Assembly (NCBI GenBank): GCA_964016885.1
Contig: OZ024741.1
Span: 339,326,001 to 339,390,000 of the forward strand
Direction of reading: 5' to 3'
DNA: 64,000 bases
Source: Eledone cirrhosa
Lineage: Eukaryota
Part shown: positions 24,326 to 40,183 of the stretch, piece after piece
How the letters are laid out: the number at the start of each line of letters is the position of its first letter
How positions within the stretch are numbered: position 1 is the first letter of the stretch
The notes under the pieces: model-generated
What the model was told of the DNA's origin: nothing
Seen by the model: the letters and a program-made list of their open reading frames with translations, nothing else
Databases searched by the model: none
Program-made: the position numbers and the translations under genes

Positions 24326-25065
24326 TTATTGTATTCAGTCATGTAGAGCGAACATTTTCTTTTTTTACATTGTAGGCCATACCCAGTAAAAAGCCATTTA
24401 TCTGATTGGTATAAAACCACTGACAGACATATTCCAGCATCTGGCCTTAATTCCTAACACTACATCAATGGCATCTGCTCCTCAGAATTGTCTGACCTCA
24501 TGCCACCTATACTTAAGTACTCTCACCTCACTTGTTTCTCCTCTCATCACTCAATAAAATGTAACACCCATACGGTCTTACATTTTATCAAATCAAATGT
24601 ACAAGGGAAGTTGTCATGTTTTTGACACAAGTTTGGTTGGTTTGCTACAGCTGGGTGCCTTTCCTGTAACTGACCACTTTACAGCATGTACTGGGTGCAT
24701 TTATCATGTAGATGACCAACACTAGGGAGGCTGAAACAAAATGTTCTGAAATGCCTACAAGGAATTGAAACAGGGAGAGTGTGTTTAACCATCTTTTTTG
24801 TTTCTAGGGGCACTTTATTTGATTTATTCAATTTGATTTTTAGTTATCAACTATCAGTATAATTATCTTCATTGTGACTATGATTTCAATTTTCACATGT
24901 CCCAATGCTTGTGAGTAAACCAATCTTGTTTACACTTATATATATATCATCATCATCATCATCATCGTTTAACGTCCCTGTTCCACGCTTGCATGGGTTG
25001 GGACGGGGGTTTTCCCACTTGAGGCAAGAGTGGTTGTCTTGCTCGCATAGGACTGTCTGGCAGGT

Positions 25066-25500
25066 TTTCTACAGCTGGATGCCCTTCCTAACACCAACCA
25101 CATTTACAGTGTGGGGCTGGGAGGTTTTTACCGTGTTGCCTACACGGCCACATTACAGCGTGGACGGTCTGGCGTGTTTTCTACAGCTGGATGCCCTTCC
25201 TAACACCAACCACATTTACAGTGTGGGACTGGGAGGTTTTTACCGTGTTGCCTACACGGCCACATTACAGCGTGGACGGTCTGGCGTGTTTTCTACAGCT
25301 GGATGCCCTTCCTAACACCAACCACATTTACAGTGTGGGACTGGGAGGTTTTTACCGTGTTGCCTACACGGCCACATTACAGCGTGGACGGTCTGGCGTG
25401 TTTTCTACAGCTGGATGCCCTTCCTAACACCAACCACATTTACAGTGTGGGACTGGGAGGTTTTTACCGCGTTGCCTACACGGCCGCATTACAGCGTGGA
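25066..25500. repeat. 112-bp tandem repeat (about 4 copies) inside the LINE 3' UTR
   Basis: GGATGCCCTTCCTAACACC recurs every 112 bp; near-identical translated ORFs start at 25191, 25303, 25415. Confidence 0.92.
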
Positions 25501-25663
25501 CTGTGTGTTTTTTTGTCGTGACACCTACACGATCTCGTTTGTTTCGGCCTGGATATTGTGGCACCAACGTAACATTGCATTGAAGGGGGCAGTGTGGATG
25601 GGGTGGGACGAGGGTGTATTTTGTTAGAGATGCCTACTGACTGTAGTAGGTTTTACTTTGTAT

Positions 25664-26595
25664 TTAGGTAAGGCGGGTCTTCTCTGTTACTGAGTACCGC
25701 CAAAGGTCTCGGTCCAGTGACATTGTCTTGGAGAGGTGTAAGTGTGTGAGGTCGGAATTTATCAGCTCATCCCAGGTTTTTCTGGGTCTGCCTACTCCGT
25801 GGCTACCATCTATCTTTATTGCCCTGCACTTTGTTATACAGCTGTCGTCTTTCATGCGCATCACGTGACCATACCAACGTAGCCTTCTCTCGAGTAAACA
25901 ACATCTGATCCCTCTTATTTCTAATTTTTTCCTTAGTTCGTTTATGCTTTGCCGTTCACGTATATTACTATTACACATCCAGCGGAGCATGCAAGCTTCG
26001 TTCCTCTCTAGTCTGCGTATATCCTCTGCACACAATGCCCAGGTCTCACTGCCATGCAACATTGCTGTTCGTATGCAGGCATCATACAACCTGCCTTTCA
26101 TCTTTAGGGAGAACCCTTTAGCGGCTAATAGCGGTATAAGCTCTCTGAACTTTTTCCATCCAGTTCTGACTCTAGCTACTGTACTTTCAGAGCACTGTCC
26201 CCTACTGCTGATTTTGTCACCCAGGTAACGGAAGCTGTCCACTATTTCTATAGAACCCTCTGCGCAATTGAAAGAGTTAGTATTTTGTGGGCACTTGCTG
26301 CTACTTATTGCACCAGAGCACCGGCCACGTGTAAAATCTGTGTTCTTAGTTAGCTTACCTGTGATCCCACTACATCTTTTATGCACCCATACTTTGCATT
26401 TGGAACATAAAATGGAGTTTCTACCTACGCCTTTCCTACACACTGAGCATGGCCATTTCCCGGAGGGGACCGGCGCCTTATTTTCTTTCCTACAAACTAG
26501 AACTTTAGTCTTAGCCAGGTTAATTTTAAGGCCTTTTGATTCTAGGCCGTGCTTCCATGTTTGGAATTTCTTCTCTAGCTCGGCCATTGATTCAG
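25664..26595 (-). pseudogene. LINE ORF, C-terminal part after the frameshift
   Basis: IAESMAELEKKFQTWKHGLESKGLKINLAKTK continues the RT; WPCSVC...SILCSKCKVWVHKRC finger; natural stop at 25664. Confidence 0.9.
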
Positions 26596-28062
26596 CTATA
26601 GCGTTAGATCATCTGCGTATAGGAGTTCCCATGGGCAGCCGGTCTTGAACTCCTCTGTTATAGCCTGAAGGGCAATAATAAATAGTAGGGGGCTAAGAAC
26701 AGAGCCCTGATGGACACCAACTTTTACGCTAAACTCTTCACTATATTCGTTGTTAATTCTAACCTTGCTGACTGTTTCTTTATACATGGCTTGTATGGCT
26801 CTCACAAGCCATTCGTCAACACCTAGTTTTCTAAGAGCCCACCAGATAATGGAATGGGGGACTTTGTCAAAGGCTTTCTCCAAGTCGACAAAAGCTAAGT
26901 ATAGGGGTTTACTTTTAGCTAGGTACTTCTCCTGTAGTTGTCGTACAATGAAAAGAGCGTCTGTGGTACTTTTGCCTGACACAAACCCGAACTGCATTTC
27001 ATCTAGATCAATTCTCTCTCTGATTAGTTGCGCTATTACTTTTTCCGTGACCTTCATGACCTGGTCGATTAATTTAATGCCTCTATAGTTACTCCTATCT
27101 AGGGCGTCTCCTTTACCCTTGTAACAGTTAACGATGATGCTGCTATCCCAGTCCTTCAGAACAACCCCATTCTGTATGATTTGGTTTACTATCCGGGTGA
27201 CCATGGTGTGTCCCACCGTACCGGAGGCTTTCAGCATCTCAGCAACTATTTCCGAAGGCCCAGCCACCTTACCCATCTTCATATCTTTGATTGCCGTACT
27301 TATTATACTACCTTCGACTAACACTGCTGGTCCCTCTATTGGGTCGATGTGGGGGAGACTGTCTTTCTCCCATTTATTCTCCTCATTTAGTAGCCTTTCG
27401 TAGTGACACTTCCAAGCTACCTTCTTATCAGCGTCAGTGATGGCAAGTACACCATCATCGTTAAGTACACACTTCTCCCCGACAATATCACGGTTTTCCT
27501 TGACACATTGCCTAGCAATCCTGAACACCTCACGTTTTTGGTCCTCGCGTTGTAGAACATGCTTGAACTTTCTTTCCTCTGCTTCCCTTCTTGCGAAGTA
27601 CACTTGTCTCCTAGCTTCCCTCCTGGCCACTTGATAGTCTTCTCTACTTCCCCCATCCCGCCATACTTTCCAAGCCTGCTTTTTGGTCTTGATTGACCCC
27701 TCCACCTTACTGTTCCACCACCATGTTACTCGCCTCCTGCCTACAGGCCTGCTCCAGCCACAGACTTCGTCTGCCGCCATCAGCAGGTTTGCTTTCAGGA
27801 ATTCCCACTGTTCCTCTACCTTGTACGACTCTAATTGCTCTTCCTTACTGTCGAAAGCATCAAGTAATATGCTTTGAAATTTATTTCTGGCTGTGGGATC
27901 CTTTAGCTTCCATATTTTTCTCCTGAGGATAGTCCTCTTCTGCTGTCTAGTACGTCTCGTCCTGACTATGAGGTCGCTAATTATCAGTCTATGTTGGGAG
28001 GTGCATTCTTCATGGGGGAGGGATTTAGTGTTTACAACAGACACTCTGTTTACAACAGACAC
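26596..28062 (-). pseudogene. LINE ORF, reverse transcriptase N-terminal part
   Basis: 488-aa open frame with RT motifs up to YADDL, then a 1-nt frameshift. Confidence 0.9.
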
Positions 28063-28073
28063 TCTATATATAT

Positions 28074-28558
28074 ATTCTGACCTTACACACTTACACCTCT
28101 CTAAGACAATGTCACTGGACCAAAATCTTTGGCGCTACGCATTAATATAGAAGACCCGCCTTGCCTAAGTACAAAGCGAAACCTACAGTCAGTAGGCACC
28201 TCTTAATCAAATATACACGCCCATCCCACTACCCCAACTCCCCCACCCCACCCCCATCAACACCAGCCCTTTCTCTGTAGCGTTATGTTTGTACGACAAC
28301 ATCCAGTCCTAAATAAATGAGGTCGTGTAGGTGTCACGACAAAAAAACACACAGTGCACACTGTAATGTGGCCGTGTAGGTAACATGGTAAAAACCTCCC
28401 AGTCCACACTGTAAACGTGGTTGGTGTTAGGAAGGGCATCCAGCCGTAGAAAACCCGCCAGACAGTCCCATACGAGCGAGACGACCAATCTTGCCTCAAG
28501 TCGGACAATTCCATGCTAGCGTGGAAGATAGACATTAAACGGTGATGATGATGATGAT
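28074..28558 (+). mobile_element. Short 3' copy of the same RTE-X-like family, inverted relative to the long copy
   Basis: SDLTHLHLSKTMSLDQNLWRYAL matches SDLTHLHLSKTMSLDRDLWRYSV of the long copy, then 3' UTR and (GAT)n. Confidence 0.88.
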
Positions 28559-28799
28559 ATATATAGATATATATATATCATCACCATCATCATATATCTA
28601 TTTTCCTCATTCGCATGCGTTAGATGGGTTGTCACATTATGAAACAAGTCACGTCCAGAGACCACATCATACTCATATGAATCTCTATTATGGCTTGGTT
28701 TCTGTAGCTGAATGTCCTTCCTAATGCCAACTATATTAATATATATATATATATATTAACCAGGTTTAGTATGCATATATATATATACATACATAATAC

Positions 28800-29093
28800 A
28801 GAAGACCCGACTTCCCACGGGTACAAGCCAAAGCTGAAGCATATAGACAGTCCACACCCAGTCCATACCCAGTCCACACTGTAAAGTGGTCATGTAGGCG
28901 TCACAGTAAAAAGCACCCAGTACTCACTGTAAATGAGGTTGGTGTTAGGAAGGGCATCCAGCTGTAGAAACCAAGCCCAAATCAGTTCTGTATGAGCAAG
29001 ACATGGTCACCTGATCTGGCATTGCTTACAACAGAACAATCCATCTAACTCATGCTAGTGTGGAAGAATGGAGGTAAAATGATGATGATGATG
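28800..29093 (+). mobile_element. RTE-X-like LINE 3' tail
   Basis: GAAGACCCG...GTTAGGAAGGGCATCCAGCTGTAGAAA...CATGCTAGTGTGGAAG...GATGATG. Confidence 0.7.
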
Positions 29094-29404
29094 ACATATG
29101 TATATATAAATGTAGACCTTCATAGATGCAAGTCTTTTCCTTTGGGTTTGCTTTTCACTAGGTCATTGTTTTTTTTAATCATCTATTGGCCAGGTGGTGC
29201 TATTAAGTTAGACATGGCCTAGGCCAATACTGGCCGAAACCTATCAAAGTTACATTACCCCTGAAGATGTACAATATTTGATGATTCTTTGCTATATTCA
29301 ATATATTTTTTACCTTTTTTTTTTCACTATACAGTTATAACATAAGTATTAATTAAATTATTTGTATTGAAACATTTGTAAAGTTATTCAAGAAATCTAT
29401 TCTG

Positions 29405-29710
29405 TCAGAAGGATCAGGGTGGAGAGAGAGGCCCTCAGCTCCAGCCGGTTTTATGAAAGGTGGGTGAAAGTGGCGAGAATGGCCCGTGTGAATGGGCCTT
29501 CTCTCTATATCAGTCTGTAGAGGTAAGAGAAGAGGGGAGCACCCCCTCTCTGTGCTCCCTGGCAGAAGGGTCGCACACTTTTTCGGAGGTGTGTGTGGCC
29601 CCAAAACGCTTCCTCCCTATTGAGGACTTGATTGTTATTGTTATTTCTATATGTACTCGATGTTTGTAAAACGTCCCCCACCCAATGCCCTGGTGGCAAA
29701 TAAAGAAATT
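29405..29710 (+). mobile_element. Tx1/L1-like LINE 3' end
   Basis: GC-rich island reading RRIRVEREALSSSRFYERWVKVARMARVNGPSLYISL*, resembling Tx1 ORF2 C-termini, then a 3' UTR ending GGCAAATAAAGAAATT. Confidence 0.5.
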
Positions 29711-30123
29711 ATATATATCATGTCATCTAAGTGGATATTTTGAGGGTAATATGGGAGAGGGTGAAACATGGCCTATTACGTAATGGAATCATGGTCACTG
29801 TAGATAATAGCTTTGGATTTATTATATAGAAATTATGTCATATAACAGCCTTATGCTGTCATACAATACCAGTAATTGAATGAGGTTGGCTGTTGTTTGA
29901 TTATGAGGGCTGTGGTATAGTTGTGTAGGCAGAGTTCACTGTAGGATTATGATTTGCATTTGCTTGAGCTTGTGGATAACATTGATTTGGTTTAGATTGG
30001 TTTACATACAAGGTAAGGCAATGACATTCTTATATATCATAATTCAATTTATGATATATTTACATGAATACATGTACACTGTGTGTAAGAGTAAGTAAGT
30101 ATATATATGTGTGTGTATGTATG

Positions 30124-30158
<35 letters not shown>

Positions 30159-30439
30159 TTCAGCTACAGGACCAAAAATCTTCAAATATTTCAGACTTGA
30201 TGATGGCATATTACTAATATTGATTTATTGGCATACCAATATATTTCTCTCTACTTCTCTCACTCACTCCACCCCCTCTCTCTACCCCCTCTCTCTCACT
30301 CTCACTCTCTCTACCCCTCTCTCTCTCTACCTCTCTCTCTCTCTTGACCACCCCCTACCCAACACATAGACATAAAAACACATACAGCCACTGAATCATG
30401 CACATAAAAAGTAAAACAAAAAGCATAATAATAATAATA

Positions 30440-33560
<3,121 letters not shown>

Positions 33561-33638
33561 ATGTATGGGTCAGGAAGATTGACTTACACAACTATAAGCA
33601 TATGTTTTAATATGGCATAAATGCATGTACACACATAT

Positions 33639-33932
33639 GGAGGCACATGACTTAGTGGTTAGAGTATTGGCCTTGCAATCGAAAGGTTGTGTGTTCAATT
33701 CTCAGACCGGGTGATGTGTTGTTTCCTTGAGCAAGACACTTTATTTCACATTGCTCCAGTTTACTCAGCTGTAGAAATGAGATGATATGGACAAAAAAGC
33801 ACCCAGCACTCACTGTAAATGAGGTTGGTGTGAGGAAGGGCATCCAGCTGTAGAAATCAAGCCAGAATCAGTTCCCGTCCCACCCTTGCAAGCAGGGAAA
33901 AGCGGACGTAAAATGATGATGATGATGATGAT
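33639..33932 (+). mobile_element. SINE family B
   Basis: GGAGGCACATGACTTAGTGG...GTGTTCAATTC...CCTTGAGCAAGACAC...GGACGTAAAATGATGATG. Confidence 0.85.
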
Positions 33933-34053
33933 GGTGAAACAGCAGCAGATGGAAGCAAATGCCAACATGACTTCTATACTCACAAGACTTGCCTTATGAT
34001 TCTGTGAGTACAGACACGAAACTCCAGAGTACACACATCTCCTCTATACTCAC

Positions 34054-34615
34054 AACACTTCCAGGAATCTTGGAGGTTTTGAAATAGGTCATGGGCTCTG
34101 TCTTTCCTTCCCTCCCAGCAGTCTTGTAGGTCATGGGCTCTGTCTTTTCTTCCCTCCCAGCAGTTTTGGAGGTCATGGGCTCTGTCTTTTCTTCCCTCCC
34201 AGCAGTTTTGGAGGTCATGGGCTCTGTCTTTTCTTCCCTCCCAGCAGTCTTGGAAGTCATGGGCTCTGTCTTTTCTTCCCTCCCAGCAGTTTTGGAAGTC
34301 ATGGGCTCTGTCTTTTCTTCCCTCCCAGCAGTCTTGGAAGTCATGGGCTCTGTCTTTACTTCCCTCCCAGCAGTTTTGGAGGTCATGGGCTCTGTCTTTT
34401 CTTCCCTCCCAGCAGTCTTGGAAGTCATGGGCTCTGTCTTTACTTCCCTCCCAGCAGTTTTGGAGGTCATGGGCTCTGTCTTTTCTTCCCTTCCAGCAGT
34501 CTTGGAAGTCATGGGCTCTGTCTTTTCTTCCCTCCCAGCAGTCTTGGAAGTCATGGGCTCTGTCTTTTCTTCCCTTCCAGCAGTTTTGGACGTCATGGGC
34601 TCTGTCGTTTCTTCT
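34054..34615 (-). CDS. Candidate host exon encoding 12 x MTSKTAGREEKTEP (42-bp tandem repeat)
   Basis: Open frame; acceptor TTTTCTTTCTACTATTTAATCAG before 34615; donor GTT|GTGAGT at 34053; unit variation mostly at synonymous positions. Confidence 0.5.
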
Positions 34616-34847
34616 CTGATTAAATAGTAGAAAGAAAAGTCAACAAATTATGATTATATATATATTAACAATAACTCATTTCAAGTTAATAATTCATAAA
34701 AATATAATAATAAAGTAGTATAGTTAAAATAAATACCAAAACTATACTGATGAGGCAGTCTTTATTTGTTTCAAGCTTCTTACTTATTTTATCCACTGAC
34801 TAGGTATTGGTCAATGTGTGTACATGTGTATAAGTATGATTATATAT

Positions 34848-35036
34848 GGCGTTGGATTAGCAGTATTGGTAGAGGGTCGGACGCCATGATTTGCAGCAAA
34901 GAGTTACGGCCCTTTATGGTCTGAGTTCAAATCCTGCCGCGGTTAACTTTGCCTTTCATCTTTACAGGGTCGATAAAATAAAGTACCAGTAATACACTGG
35001 GTAATTGCTGGCCTTGTGTCAAAAGTAGAAACAATT
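34848..35036 (+). mobile_element. SINE family A
   Basis: GGCGTTGGATTAGCAGTATTGG...GAGTTCAAATC...CTTTGCCTTTCATCTTTACAGGGTCGATAAAATAAAGTACC. Confidence 0.8.
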
Positions 35037-35039
35037 ATA

Positions 35040-35236
35040 TATATACACATACGTATCTGTATAACTGTGTGTATATATATAAGCATATATACATAGACAC
35101 ATGTATGTATATATATATATATATATTATTTATATATATATATATGTGTGGGTGCGTATATATATACACACTCATGTTTGTGTATATATATATATATGTA
35201 TGTGTATATATATATATATATGTATGTGTATATATT

Positions 35237-35267
<31 letters not shown>

Positions 35268-35435
35268 GTATATACTTACATATCCACATACATGTGTGTA
35301 TATATATATATACACACATGTGTATATATATACATATATACACACATGTGTATATATATATATATACATATATACACACGTGTATATAAATATACATGTA
35401 TACACACATGTGTATATATATACATATATACACAC

Positions 35436-35474
<39 letters not shown>

Positions 35475-36076
35475 TAGACACATGTGTATATAAATATACA
35501 TATATACACACATGTGTATATATATATACATATATACACACATGTGTATATATATTCATCCATACATACATGTGTATATATATATATATACATATATACA
35601 CACATATGTATATATATACATATACACACACATGTGTATATATATATACATATACACACACACACACGTGTATATATGTACAATCAAGGCATCCAGATAC
35701 CTTTGATATTTTTTATACGATATTGAGTTATACCATTTAATATTTTATTGCTCCAGTTTATTTTTTCTGTTATCAATCAATTAATATTGACTCCATATAA
35801 TGGGATATGACTCTGTTGAGTTATGTCCCCTTTTTATGACACTTTTGTATTAGTGGTGTTTTATCACTCCATTTGACATCTTTTTAAAGAGTTATTTTCT
35901 TTGCTTTTTTTAGTTGTGACTCATTCATGTATATATACATAACTGATGCTAGCGTGGAAGATGGACGTTAAACGAAGATGATGATGATGATATTTATATA
36001 TATATATATATATACACACACATATATATATATATATATACACATGCCCTTGTATATATGTATGTTTGTATGTATG

Positions 36077-36120
<44 letters not shown>

Positions 36121-36320
36121 TATTAATGCTTATGACTACATAATTATATATGTGTGTGTGTGTAAGCATGCACCACAATTCGTGATGCCTATTAAATGAA
36201 AAATAAATTATTTACACACACACACATATATACACATGCATATTTGTATTATTTACATATATAACTTAATAGCCATGAACAATTGTATATATATATATAT
36301 ACATGCACACACAAGCACAT
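35040..36320. repeat. Compound TA/CA microsatellites
   Basis: Recurring ACACATGTGTATATATATACATAT motif. Confidence 0.85.
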
Positions 36321-36439
36321 GCACACTGCACGCACACATCCACTCATCTCTCTCTTAATCAGATTTTGCAGAAAGGTGTTATAATTGATGAATGGTGTAG
36401 TATCATCACCACTGCCGCCATCATCCCCATATATATGAA

Positions 36440-36770
36440 GCATGATGTTCACCATAAGAAACACTACTACCACCATCATCCCCAGAAGAACCACTACCAT
36501 CGTCACTATATTCAATACCACTGCCACCATTATCACTATAGACAACACCACTGCCACCATCATCTCCATAAGAACCACCACAGCTACCATCATCACTATA
36601 AGAACCCCACTGCCACCATCATCACTATAAGAACCCCCACTGCCACCATCATCACCATAACAACCACCAATGTTACCATCATCGCTATAAACAACTCCAC
36701 TGCCACCATCATCTCTATAACCAACACCACTGAATCATGACCATTCTCACCATAAGCACCACCTCCATCA
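36440..36770. repeat. Degenerate 27-bp C-rich minisatellite
   Basis: CCACTGCCACCATCATCACTATAAGAA-like units repeated about 11 times. Confidence 0.75.
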
Positions 36771-37451
36771 TGCTTTATGAAACAAAACTCTCCATTTCAA
36801 AATGTTCCAATTTAAATTAAAATCTTCCAACCTGATTTTATATAAGAACCATATGTTCAGTTACTATCTTAGGAATGTTACTATTTTAGTAATGAAATAA
36901 TTAATTATTTTACTAAATCCTTCAAAATTATCTAATATCCTATTTTCTTGCGTATAAAATAAGAACTTTTGCAATAGAATTAAGTGCAAAACTTGTATGG
37001 TGGAGGTGTAGTACACACTCTCAAACATTATTACTTTGCTTAAGAATACTAATTTTAAATGACAATATTGCAAATACACTCAGTAACAGGGAATTTTACA
37101 CAAAACATTAAAAATCCAATTATTTTACATTCTATAATGTCATAAGAAATGGAATATGTGTGAGATATTAATTTTGATGGATAACACAGTTTACAAAAGA
37201 AATTGTATACACATGGCTGTACTCCAAGTTTATATTATACACAAGTATATAATTTCATCTTTTTTTTCTTAGCATCCAAAACAAGGTCGTATTATATACA
37301 AGTTTTATTATACATAAGGAAGTATAGTAATTACTTGCAATAGTGTATTTGATTAGAAATGATTTCCATTATTATAAATATGTCCATGAAAATGTTAACA
37401 ATATAAATATCTGTGGAATAACCAGCCAGTATTATGGTATTTTAGTGTATG

Positions 37452-37974
37452 AATTAATCTCATTCATTCTCAGCCCCACACTCATTGACACAATCTCCAC
37501 CTTCTGCATCAACTCCTATGCCTCCTTCACAGTGTTTGTCACCAGAACTATGTCGTCGGCAAATTCAGCATCTGATATCTTTTTCACCTTAAATCTCCTG
37601 CTCTGATGGTGGATGGCTGCTACACGAGAATGCTGAGGATGGTTCTGAACATTAATCAGTATACACTGAGGATAAAGAACTTAGAGCTTTATGGGAGCCT
37701 CCCATAAGTCAGCTCGAAAGTAGCACAGAGGAGACTGAGATTAGTTGGACATGCTCACCAACATCCAGAGTTGACACTGCACTCAGTGCTCCTGTAGAAG
37801 CCCCTGCATGGACACACTAGAAGAGGGAGACCAAGGTTGACATATGTTGATGCCCTAAGGACAGACACCGGTCTCTTGGAGATGCAGGACATGGCAGCAA
37901 TGATGAGGGACAGAGACTGTTGGAGAGAACTCATCCATGGATCTTGGGAATTTTACTCGCTCTAGATAGATAGA
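37452..37974 (+). mobile_element. RTE-clade LINE copy with 5' inversion and (AGAT)n tail
   Basis: Plus strand DGCYTRMLRMVLNI..RRLRLVGH..RGRPRLTYVDAL..DRDCWR; minus-strand segment 37452-37600 encodes EFADDIVLV..GLRMN; flanked by TAGTGTATG duplication. Confidence 0.8.
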
Positions 37975-38044
37975 TAGTGTATGTATTTGAACTGGTATAG
38001 TCATTATTGAGATTTAGAGTCGTATATGTACCTCTTGATGGAGT

Positions 38045-38210
38045 TGTCTTCTTGTCATATGACATATGTACAATGGTTAGTGAGAGAGAGATCAATATTG
38101 GTGAGCCAGACTAAGGCATTATTTGTATTAGTGATCATCTCCAGGCTGCTGGAAAAACGTCTGAAAGGGCATTCCTGAATAACATGTAGCACTGTCTGGA
38201 GTTGTAAAGG
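38045..38210 (-). mobile_element. Possible Ingi/Vingi-like LINE 3' end
   Basis: QTVLHVIQECPFRRF...ALVWLTNIDL resembles the C-terminal zinc-knuckle tail of I-group elements. Confidence 0.4.
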
Positions 38211-38334
38211 TGTTGTTATGATATACAGTGTGTCTTCAGCATGTTAAAGCTGGTAAACACTTGGTTAAATATAAAGCCATGTCTGTATCTAGAACATACA
38301 TAAATTTACATCTATCAGTATTGTTGATGGAGCA

Positions 38335-38475
38335 ACTGACATTTTCCTGTGGAGTGAATTGGAACAGCATAAAGTAAAGTGTCTTGCTCAAGGAAACAAA
38401 AGGTTGGCCAGATTTCAAACTTAACTATGCAACCATGAGACAAACACCCTGACCTCTGAGCCACATGTCTTCACA
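38335..38475 (-). mobile_element. Degenerate SINE family B head and body
   Basis: AAAGTGTCTTGCTCAAGGAAACAA...GCCACATGTCTTCA. Confidence 0.55.
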
Positions 38476-38789
38476 TCTGTATATTCATAAATATAAAATA
38501 CAAGCTTTCCCTTAATATATACTCATCCGTATACATAGATTAATGACATCTCTGTCTGATGACCGATCCAGACGTATATCATAATTGTCTGGGATCCAGA
38601 AACCTTTGGTAACGGAGTAGTTACATAAATTAATATGCATAAATCCAGCATAAATGTTACTGCTCTTTATATATTGATCACATGTACCTCTTTCACATGT
38701 AGGATTTGCTATGTGTTTAAACATATGTTCACATACACACACATACATATATGCATGTCTATGTGCACACATATATACACATACATGTG

Positions 38790-38796
38790 TGCAATA

Positions 38797-38851
<55 letters not shown>

Positions 38852-38917
38852 GTATATACATATGGTTGTGTGTGTGTATGTATGTATATATATATATGTA
38901 TATATATGTATGTATAT

Positions 38918-38977
<60 letters not shown>

Positions 38978-39065
38978 GTATATATATATATATTTATATG
39001 TATATACATATGGTTGTGTGTGTGTATGTATGTATATATATATGTATATATATATATATGTATGT

Positions 39066-39128
<63 letters not shown>

Positions 39129-39218
39129 TATGTATATATATATATATTTATATGTATATACATATGGTTGTGTGTGTGTATGTATGTATATATATATGTA
39201 TATATATATATATGTATG

Positions 39219-39277
<59 letters not shown>

Positions 39278-39890
39278 GTATATATATATATATTTATATG
39301 TATATACATATGGTTGTGTGTGTGTATGTATGTATATATATGTATATATATATATATGTATGTATATATATATATATATATGTATGTATATATATATATG
39401 TGTAAATATATATATATGTGTATGTATCTATGCACATATACCCATAAAAATGTTAAATTAATATAGAGAAATGAGACTCAAATGAAAGATGAATATCACA
39501 ATATTCTTACACACACACACATATATATACACACATACATCCATACATAAATATACTACACACACACACACACCTATGTAGACATGGTTGTACGTGCTTT
39601 TGTGTATGTAGCTATCTCTTAATAAATAGGTAATATTTACATATTATAGGCATAAGTAAATATGCATCCGTGTGTGTCTGTGTGTACTTCAGTGTTATGT
39701 GTATATATGTGTAAGAGTTTATATGTATATATGCCTTTATCTTTCAATCAATTAATCGAACTAGCTATCTCTCAATCTATGTGTATGGAAGTGTGTGTGT
39801 ATAAGGGGTTTGTGTTCTGTGTGCTGTTGTTAATTTTCCTTGTAATGTCTATCTATCTATCCATCCATACATACAAAGAATGCATTCAAG

Positions 39891-39942
<52 letters not shown>

Positions 39943-40145
39943 GTAGAAACACTGACATACACATTAAATTTTCTTACCTATATATATATATATATATATA
40001 TAGACATGCTGGCATACACATTAAACATTTCTTACCTTTATATATATATGTATATATATATATATATTTACACACACATATGTATATATATATTTACACA
40101 CGCATATATGTATATATGTACACACACATTCATTAACACACACAC

Positions 40146-40183
<38 letters not shown>

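Larger units (their letters stand above)
24947..28062 (-). mobile_element. 5'-truncated RTE-X-like LINE (APE tail, RT, PHD-type finger, 3' UTR, (GAT)n tail)
   Basis: EECTSQHRLIISD (APE end), YKGKGDALDRSNYRGIKL, QFGF, FVDLEKAFD, GVHQGSVLSP, YADDL, FRYLG, RRLRWYGHVMR, GRPRKTW; tail reads GGACGTTAAACGATGATG. Confidence 0.95.

Noticed and set aside
24420-24550. Possible CR1/Jockey-like C-terminal peptide HYINGICSSELSDLMPP
   Set aside because: Too short and degenerate to support without a search
29215-29275. GAAAC...CTGAAGA hammerhead-like words (also CTGATGA near 34747 and 60789)
   Set aside because: Required stems or the GAAA partner cannot be formed
33639-33710. Possible tRNA gene (also the other A/B-box heads)
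   Set aside because: No complete cloverleaf seen; continues into a multi-copy SINE body and tail
34088-34607. CRISPR-like regular repeats (also 25066-25500)
   Set aside because: Head-to-tail tandem units without unique spacers, no cas genes, eukaryotic context
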